Positions 48,824 to 53,977 of a stretch of DNA of 53,977 bases are shown piece after piece. Position 1 is the stretch's first letter; each line of letters opens with the position of its first letter. The notes beneath the pieces are model-generated. The model made no database searches and was not told the DNA's origin. It was given only the letters and a program-made list of their open reading frames with translations. The DNA is from an uncultured virus (IMG/VR IMGVR_UViG_3300017783_000004) (Duplodnaviria > Heunggongvirae > Uroviricota > Caudoviricetes): IMG/VR virus record IMGVR_UViG_3300017783_000004; one strand, given 5' to 3'. A program made the position numbers and the translations under genes.

Positions 48824-49359
48824 AACATAAACTGTGGGACATCTCGTTTGGTCCACTTGGCAAAGTCTGCCTTGTATTCTTTGTAGTATTTATGATACGC
48901 TGAAAGCGAGTCATTTACAACCTTGACATCATCTGGCATACATTGTGGTGGTTCTACCCACTCACCTAGTTTGCAGTTGTTTGGTATATTGTTAAGTACA
49001 TCTCTGAGTTTGATATCAGTTAGATGTTCTCTGTTGTATCGATAGGTGTACTCGTCACATAGATTAGTAAACATATCATATGCATACTGATACTGAATTG
49101 CATTTTCACGAACCCACCTTGTAGATGGATGATTGATATGAGATGCTTTGTATAGTACATCGTCTAGTGAATTATCTGACATACGCCACCTTTGAATCTT
49201 ACGACCATTCTTAGATAGACCATAGTACGATTCGCCGTCTAACATACGATGTGCTGTTGATAACATTTGTGCATACTCGATAATCATCTTGACCACATGT
49301 TTGTCACAATGTAATGTAGCAGACACTTCTGGTTCTTTGTGTAAGTAAAATAAATTCAT
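48820..49359 (-). CDS. Pyrimidine-dimer DNA glycosylase (DenV)-related family protein
   Basis: MNLFYL..P...A..HCDKHVVKMI.E.AQMLSTAH, H.NHPS..W, EY..RY and PQCMPD motifs. Confidence 0.75.
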   Translation of the reverse strand: MNLFYLHKEPEVSATLHCDKHVVKMIIEYAQMLSTAHRMLDGESYYGLSKNGRKIQRWRMSDNSLDDVLYKASHINHPSTRWVRENAIQYQYAYDMFTNLCDEYTYRYNREHLTDIKLRDVLNNIPNNCKLGEWVEPPQCMPDDVKVVNDSLSAYHKYYKEYKADFAKWTKRDVPQFML

Positions 49360-49607
49360 AGTTCTTTTATCTCCTGTAATATACCCTCAACATTCGGCCA
49401 TGCAAGATAACCGATAACATCATGAGTGATAGGAGTATGGTAACATAAAGCGCCGTCACTGTCAAGTACCGCAAGTTCCCAAAGACCATCTTTTCCGCCA
49501 TAACTGAAATCATGTTTAACCACACTAGCGCCATACCCATTTGGGAATCCATAGATGTGTTGAACACCTGTATCTAGGTATTCTGTATTAGTTAAAAATT
49601 CTCTCAT
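49356..49607 (-). CDS. Conserved phage hypothetical protein (83 aa)
   Basis: F.NGYGASVV...SYG...GLWELAVL and DVIGYL motifs; SD AGGAG. Confidence 0.75.
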   Translation of the reverse strand: MREFLTNTEYLDTGVQHIYGFPNGYGASVVKHDFSYGGKDGLWELAVLDSDGALCYHTPITHDVIGYLAWPNVEGILQEIKEL

Positions 49608-49616
49608 ATTATTCTC

Positions 49617-50120
49617 CTACTTATAAAATATGTGGTCAGTTATTTGCACGGTTTCATTCAATGTTTCTGCCCAATATGGTTCAACCCATAAGTTGTGGTA
49701 ATGTGTTGCACCCTCTGTAATATCTGGATACTTGCCATAGATTACATCTTGTGCAATGAGATACGATTCGAAGAATGTATCAGTATCTAAAGGTTCGTCT
49801 GACTTACCATCACAAAACCAACTGAACTGACATTGATTACGAACAGGCACTTGTTTGCCTTTCCAATTCTCACGCCACTTTGTTTGGTAGACTACACCAC
49901 AAATATCTTTAGGGTATGCACTATGTTCCATACGATTGAATACAACATGTGCAACTGCAACTTTACCTGCAAGTGGTTGATTACCTGCCTCAAAGTAAAT
50001 GTTCTTTGCAAGACAAACAACTTCACCGTTTTCATCTGACGCCATAACTTGCATACTCATAGCACCACATAGAAACCCTAAAAACGCCCCTAAGCAAAAA
50101 CTTATATATCTCATCTTCAT
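49617..50120 (-). CDS. SleB-like cell wall hydrolase (Hydrolase_2) with N-terminal signal/TM
   Basis: CLA.NIYFEA, AVA.VV.NR, CQFSW.CDG, GATHYH and HIFYK motifs; start reassigned to 50120. Confidence 0.88.
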   Translation of the reverse strand: MKMRYISFCLGAFLGFLCGAMSMQVMASDENGEVVCLAKNIYFEAGNQPLAGKVAVAHVVFNRMEHSAYPKDICGVVYQTKWRENWKGKQVPVRNQCQFSWFCDGKSDEPLDTDTFFESYLIAQDVIYGKYPDITEGATHYHNLWVEPYWAETLNETVQITDHIFYK

Positions 50121-50121
50121 A

Positions 50122-50328
50122 TTAATACCCACTGGTTGTATGTGCATACTCTTCTGGACAATCCTTTGTACCACATACACATGTATCTAACTCTAGTTCA
50201 CCTTGAAAAGGATTCATATCATTAGCATTGGTTGTTCCGTAAGTTGCAAGATTGATAATCTCATCTGCTGATAACTTACCACCTGTACATTTTGCAATTA
50301 ACATTGCACTCTCATAACTAAGCTGCAT
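50122..50328 (-). CDS. Hypothetical protein (~68 aa)
   Basis: Start reassigned after the GGGAG SD; C-terminal CVCG...C...H. Confidence 0.55.
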   Translation of the reverse strand: MQLSYESAMLIAKCTGGKLSADEIINLATYGTTNANDMNPFQGELELDTCVCGTKDCPEEYAHTTSGY

Positions 50329-50710
50329 AGCATCTCTCCCCATTGTAATTTTCTCCGTTCTGATTGTAGTTGTCAAGTATCATATCGACAACCTCAGTAG
50401 CATAGAACGATGTACCACCGATATTCCACTGACACTCTTCAGTAGGAATTCTGCCATATTTCCAGGCATAGATAGTGACTGTTTCATATTCCCAATCATC
50501 TCTATCAATCTCTTCGATACAATTTGCATCGTACCATTGTGCATCGATAACCCATTCACACGAGACTTTCTCGTATGGGTCACCATCTGTATAGGTCGGA
50601 GGACCTAACACTTCTAACAACCTTTGGTAGGTGGTTGTCTTGTAACCTTTCAAAGATGTCCCACCTGATGTCATATCAGGACTAAGGACTTCATAGTTTC
50701 TAATTATCAT
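50318..50710 (-). CDS. Conserved phage hypothetical protein (130 aa)
   Basis: GTSLKG...TY..L...G.P, KV..EW and TIY.WK...WNIGG motifs; SD AGGAG. Confidence 0.7.
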   Translation of the reverse strand: MIIRNYEVLSPDMTSGGTSLKGYKTTTYQRLLEVLGPPTYTDGDPYEKVSCEWVIDAQWYDANCIEEIDRDDWEYETVTIYAWKYGRIPTEECQWNIGGTSFYATEVVDMILDNYNQNGENYNGERCYAA

Positions 50711-50720
50711 AATATATCTC

Positions 50721-51074
50721 CTATCTTAAATAATCTGGACCGTACATTCTTGATGTACCTGGTTTGATTTCGTAACCCTCGTAAAGATTACCCCTTGGTT
50801 TGTTTAGAGCAGGCGTTGCCCAACCAGCAGCCTTTAACACATCACCAACTTGGAACTTATTGTTGCCTATGTTGATGAACCCCCATACTGAACGAGATTG
50901 GTTATCTTCTACTGTAAATATTTTAATGTATTTTTTGCCGATTGAATAATCGTGTGTTAAGGTATCACGAGTGTGTTTCCACTGCATGTGATTCGCATGA
51001 GTTATGTCTTCACATAAATTCTCAACTAGTTCTACTAGTTCTACTGCTTTTGCTTCTGCAACATTCTTCTTCAT
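50721..51074 (-). CDS. Conserved phage hypothetical protein (~117 aa)
   Basis: KKYIKI, SVWGFI, GDVLKAAGW..PA..RGN motifs; start reassigned after the GGGAG SD. Confidence 0.7.
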   Translation of the reverse strand: MKKNVAEAKAVELVELVENLCEDITHANHMQWKHTRDTLTHDYSIGKKYIKIFTVEDNQSRSVWGFINIGNNKFQVGDVLKAAGWATPALNKPRGNLYEGYEIKPGTSRMYGPDYLR

Positions 51075-51169
51075 AGTACTTCTCCCAATAATATTAATAC
51101 TGTAATACACACTAGAGGTTGAATGAAGTCAGCATCTAGTAGTCCGTTTTTTCTAATCATTTTTATCAT
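51071..51169 (-). CDS. Small hydrophobic peptide (32 aa)
   Basis: MIKMIRKNGLLDADFIQPLVCITVLILLGEVL; starts 6 nt after a -10 box; ATGA-coupled to the next gene. Confidence 0.5.
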   Translation of the reverse strand: MIKMIRKNGLLDADFIQPLVCITVLILLGEVL

Positions 51170-51175
51170 GGATCC

Positions 51176-51205
51176 AGTATACAAAAAAGTGACACCCATT
51201 GTCAA
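51176..51205 (-). promoter_or_regulatory. Sigma70-type early promoter TTGACA-18-TATACT
   Basis: Near-consensus -35 and -10. Confidence 0.75.
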
Positions 51206-51486
51206 CCCTTTAGGTCTAAATAACCTAACAATGCCTTTCGTTCATCTGAGGTGAGTGACCCAACATCATTGAATCTAGTCCATGTTGTGCCTGCTGTGAC
51301 CATCTTATTGCCTGCCGTGACGGCTGCATTCCAGAGTAGGTCATCTTTTGGGAATAATTTGTTTTCTTCGCATAGGGTTATCATCTCCCTACCAATCTTA
51401 ACTATTTTTGCTACTGCCGGTGAATCACCGTAGTAGGACATCTTCTTACCTTCGTTTAATACTTTCACAAGAACTCCTTTGTTCAT
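51202..51486 (-). CDS. Hypothetical protein (94 aa or shorter)
   Basis: ORF between two early promoters; start uncertain. Confidence 0.6.
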   Translation of the reverse strand: MNKGVLVKVLNEGKKMSYYGDSPAVAKIVKIGREMITLCEENKLFPKDDLLWNAAVTAGNKMVTAGTTWTRFNDVGSLTSDERKALLGYLDLKG

Positions 51487-51500
51487 TAATTTAAGATACT

Positions 51501-51530
51501 AGTGTATCAAAAAATGAGGTCTGGAGTAAA
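51501..51530 (-). promoter_or_regulatory. Sigma70-type early promoter TTTACT-18-TACACT with extended TG
   Basis: Shares the AAGGGTTkAC and TTTTTTG context with the 51176-51205 promoter. Confidence 0.6.
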
Positions 51531-51537
51531 CCCTTTT

Positions 51538-51789
51538 TTAGATTTTCTTTTGCAAGTCGTCTAGTTCTTTGAGTTTCGCTGTGAGTATATCTAACCTGTT
51601 GGGCCAGTAGATATAGTCCTTGTCTGAATCTTTAGCAAGATTCTCTAGTAGAGGTCTGATAAAGTTATCTAGTTTGTTGATAACTTCAGTTGCTGTTGTG
51701 GTCTTCTCAACTATCTTAGTGTCAACAGATGCAAGTTCATCTGCATCCATAGCTGTAAAACCGAAGTCGTTGTAGTCTATTTCTGCCAT
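51538..51789 (-). CDS. Conserved T4-like hypothetical protein (83 aa)
   Basis: DFGFTA.D..EL and I.PLL.NL.K...KDYIYWPNR motifs; late-promoter-like ACTAAATA at 51795-51802. Confidence 0.75.
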   Translation of the reverse strand: MAEIDYNDFGFTAMDADELASVDTKIVEKTTTATEVINKLDNFIRPLLENLAKDSDKDYIYWPNRLDILTAKLKELDDLQKKI

Positions 51790-51793
51790 AGTA

Positions 51794-52375
51794 TTATTTA
51801 GTGAATCTCTCCATGTCTCTTAGAGTTTCTTTATCACTTTGTATGTTCTGATAATTAGCATGTGCCTGTAGAGTCACATCTGCAATCTCGTAATCTGGAT
51901 AAGATGTAATCAGTTTGTAAATCAGACCTGCGACATCTTGGTGTTTAACACTAGGTAGGTTTTCATGGTTTAGTAATCCCAAGTTGATTGTGGTCATCTT
52001 GTATCTCTTCTTAGAGTTGTATTGTAGATTGTTTGCAAGATGGTTGAGTTGTGCCTTCTCAGATGAATACATATAACCCTTTGATATATTTGGTTGGGCT
52101 GCACGACTGGAGATATTGATAATGAATTTTGTCTTCTCGCCTTCCCATGCTTCATGTGTAATGTTTAGAATCTCTGTCTGGTCTTGATGTGCAAGATTGA
52201 TTAGAACATCGCATGGTCTATGCCCATTATATATCCAACAATTAGTTCCGTTCATGGTAATGTCGTCACACCTAATCGGCGTCACTTCAATTGTATCACC
52301 TCGATGAGGTGTTGCTTCAAGTGTGTCTTTGATTATCTTTGCAAGACCACTAGTTCCTGTTATTGCTACTCTCAT
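51794..52375 (-). CDS. Short-chain dehydrogenase/reductase-like protein
   Basis: VAITGTSGLA, DVLINLA, IINISS and YSSEK (YxxxK) motifs. Confidence 0.75.
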   Translation of the reverse strand: MRVAITGTSGLAKIIKDTLEATPHRGDTIEVTPIRCDDITMNGTNCWIYNGHRPCDVLINLAHQDQTEILNITHEAWEGEKTKFIINISSRAAQPNISKGYMYSSEKAQLNHLANNLQYNSKKRYKMTTINLGLLNHENLPSVKHQDVAGLIYKLITSYPDYEIADVTLQAHANYQNIQSDKETLRDMERFTK

Positions 52376-53348
52376 AATATTCCTTCACTATATTAAACGA
52401 TGGTTTGCCAAATAGTGAACCATCTACACTACATTTATTACAAGGAGACATACTTCTATCTCCCTTCATTAATTTTTTACGAATCTTTGTCATGGGTTTA
52501 CTGAACCATACATCGTGTAAACTATCTTGTAATAGATTACCAACAACATGTTCTCTACCCCAATCGTTAGAACAGAACAACACATCACCGTTCCAGTCAA
52601 CAAACATTTTGTAGAAAGGGTAATGACAAGGCTTACCTTTTAGATTCTCTATACTATCATCTTCGATGCCGACCCAATCTACAACACCACTACGATTGTT
52701 TAATATGAGTCCGTGTTTCTCAAAGTCTCCCCAATGCATACGATACTTGTATTGGTCTTCTCTCACATTCGACATCATCTTCTCGAAGTGTTCCATTTGT
52801 TCTATGCCATCATACAGATTGATGTAGAGTAAATCTAAACCTGCACGATATAATTTGTGTGCATAGTCTTCTGTTAGTTTATCACCATTGGTGTTGCACT
52901 CAAGTGTGGCATGTGGCAATGCATAATTAAACTCTCGTACAATGTCAATGAAGTTTGGGTTGAGTAGATTCTCACCGAACCCACTGAATGATATCTTGCC
53001 TTTGAATCCGTTTTCACCTAACTCTTCTGCAATCGTTGTTGCACCCTTGACGGTCATGTGTAGATTTCTATTAGGGAATACTTTAGGGTCGTGTCTAGGA
53101 CAAAACACACATGTTCTATTACAGAGTTCGGTGCTATTGATTTCTACTGTAAGAATAGAGTCGAGAGGTTTAGAACCCTTGTTTCTTTCCCAATGTTTCT
53201 TTTCTTGTTCTCTACGATGTTCTAAGAAATCGTATTGGTCAACTGCTGTAATTGGAATGTTTCTATTATCTTCCACATTAACTACTTTGAGTAAGGTGGT
53301 TGATTGTCCCAACGATAAAACTCTCGTTTCTCTGAGTGCCAGTACCAA
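52350..53348 (-). CDS. Radical SAM protein with SPASM/twitch domain (true start probably GTG 53276)
   Basis: CNRTCVFC, SGFGE and NTNG motifs; C-terminal C..P, GDV..C.NDW, GNL and C..C. Confidence 0.88.
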   Translation of the reverse strand: MVLALRETRVLSLGQSTTLLKVVNVEDNRNIPITAVDQYDFLEHRREQEKKHWERNKGSKPLDSILTVEINSTELCNRTCVFCPRHDPKVFPNRNLHMTVKGATTIAEELGENGFKGKISFSGFGENLLNPNFIDIVREFNYALPHATLECNTNGDKLTEDYAHKLYRAGLDLLYINLYDGIEQMEHFEKMMSNVREDQYKYRMHWGDFEKHGLILNNRSGVVDWVGIEDDSIENLKGKPCHYPFYKMFVDWNGDVLFCSNDWGREHVVGNLLQDSLHDVWFSKPMTKIRKKLMKGDRSMSPCNKCSVDGSLFGKPSFNIVKEYYESSNNRN

Positions 53349-53455
53349 CCAGTATTTTTCTGTTCGGTCTGAGGTGTAGTAGATTCATTATAGAGTCTAC
53401 TTTCTTTTTTAAATTCTTTAGTTTCGTTAATCATGTTTAAGTACCATATTGCCAT
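53282..53455 (-). CDS. Small aromatic-rich protein (57 aa)
   Basis: Manual translation MAIWYLNMINETKEF...TGWYWHSEKREFYRWDNQPPYSK; AATAAATA (53461-53468) 5 nt upstream. Confidence 0.6.
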   Translation of the reverse strand: MAIWYLNMINETKEFKKESRLYNESTTPQTEQKNTGWYWHSEKREFYRWDNQPPYSK

Positions 53456-53463
53456 TCGTTTAT

Positions 53464-53904
53464 TTATTGTATCTTACGACATACCATATGTCTAGGTGTT
53501 TCTTCAGTATCATTGAATATTTCTGTTTCATATTCTCCCTCATTGAACATATCTTTTGGTACAACTATAAACTGACCACAATCATCCTTATTAAAATTGT
53601 CTGACTTAGGATTGGCGTTTATTTGTCTAAAGAATATTTCTGATTGATATGAAGCCGCATCAAAGGGTAAGGGTTCAAATGACATAAGAAATTTATCATA
53701 TCTTCTGTAGATGTTCATAACATCATACAATTGGTCGTCAAGATATCTACAACCTAGAATGGTTGATACTTCTGTTGGTAAGTCAATACGAAAGAGATTC
53801 TTTGTATTAAGACTCTCTTCGTATGATTGACATAATTCGGCGTTTACGATTTCTCGTATGGTTATCTTAGAAGTAACCGCCGTCTTGTATATTGGGGTTA
53901 TCAT
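53464..53904 (-). CDS. Hypothetical protein (start uncertain)
   Basis: Open frame; the ORF-track start at 53970 overlaps the upstream CDS. Confidence 0.5.
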   Translation of the reverse strand: MITPIYKTAVTSKITIREIVNAELCQSYEESLNTKNLFRIDLPTEVSTILGCRYLDDQLYDVMNIYRRYDKFLMSFEPLPFDAASYQSEIFFRQINANPKSDNFNKDDCGQFIVVPKDMFNEGEYETEIFNDTEETPRHMVCRKIQ

Positions 53905-53977
53905 TTTCACCTTCATCATCTTCAGCAGATACAAACTCACCACTCTCTTGGAGAGATGCAATGAACTCATCTACTTG
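53867..53977 (-). CDS. C-terminal fragment of an upstream acidic protein (partial)
   Basis: QVDEFIASLQESGEFVSAEDDEGENDNPNIQDGGYF* in frame from the window end. Confidence 0.55.
   Translation of the reverse strand, partial: QVDEFIASLQESGEFVSAEDDEGENDNPNIQDGGYF

Noticed and set aside
1..53977. Stop-codon reassignment, introns or inteins
   Set aside because: Core genes are intact and of expected size under the standard code, and I recognised no splicing or homing-endonuclease motifs.

Overview
This window is a segment of a large, AT-rich T4-like myophage, probably aquatic or marine. The host cannot be identified from this window; kdsB suggests a Gram-negative host. From 1 to about 14.4 kb is a minus-strand cluster of tail fibre and fibre-accessory genes. 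From about 14.4 to 36 kb is the minus-strand baseplate operon (DUF4815/VrlC-like, gp8, gp7, gp6, gp25, gp5, hub, gp53, gp48). From 36.1 to 43.3 kb is a plus-strand late block: gp4, an inserted HAD phosphatase + kdsB + unknown cassette, gp2, a tube-family protein, gp26, gp51, a membrane protein and a tape-measure-like gene. From 43.3 to 54 kb are minus-strand replication and accessory genes (ribosomal bS21, gp32, a Maf/Cst-like glycosyltransferase, gp59, gp33, prolyl-4-hydroxylase-like, exonuclease, SleB-like hydrolase, SDR, radical SAM). The most striking observation is that two adjacent same-strand genes (10178-11779 and 9077-10171) each carry a 310-residue, irregular, Pro-punctuated repeat tract. 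The two tracts differ in sequence, but their unit lengths are a near-exact mirror image (31 of 35 prolines map at i+j=336, counted by hand) and variant units co-vary. This suggests a two-chain antiparallel 'zipper' fibre. A third family member, missed by the ORF track, runs off the left edge. Other leads are many apparently leaderless late mRNAs, a structured G-rich element upstream of bS21, and a possible virion glycosylation/hydroxylation toolkit. All assignments come from motif recognition and synteny; no searches were run.
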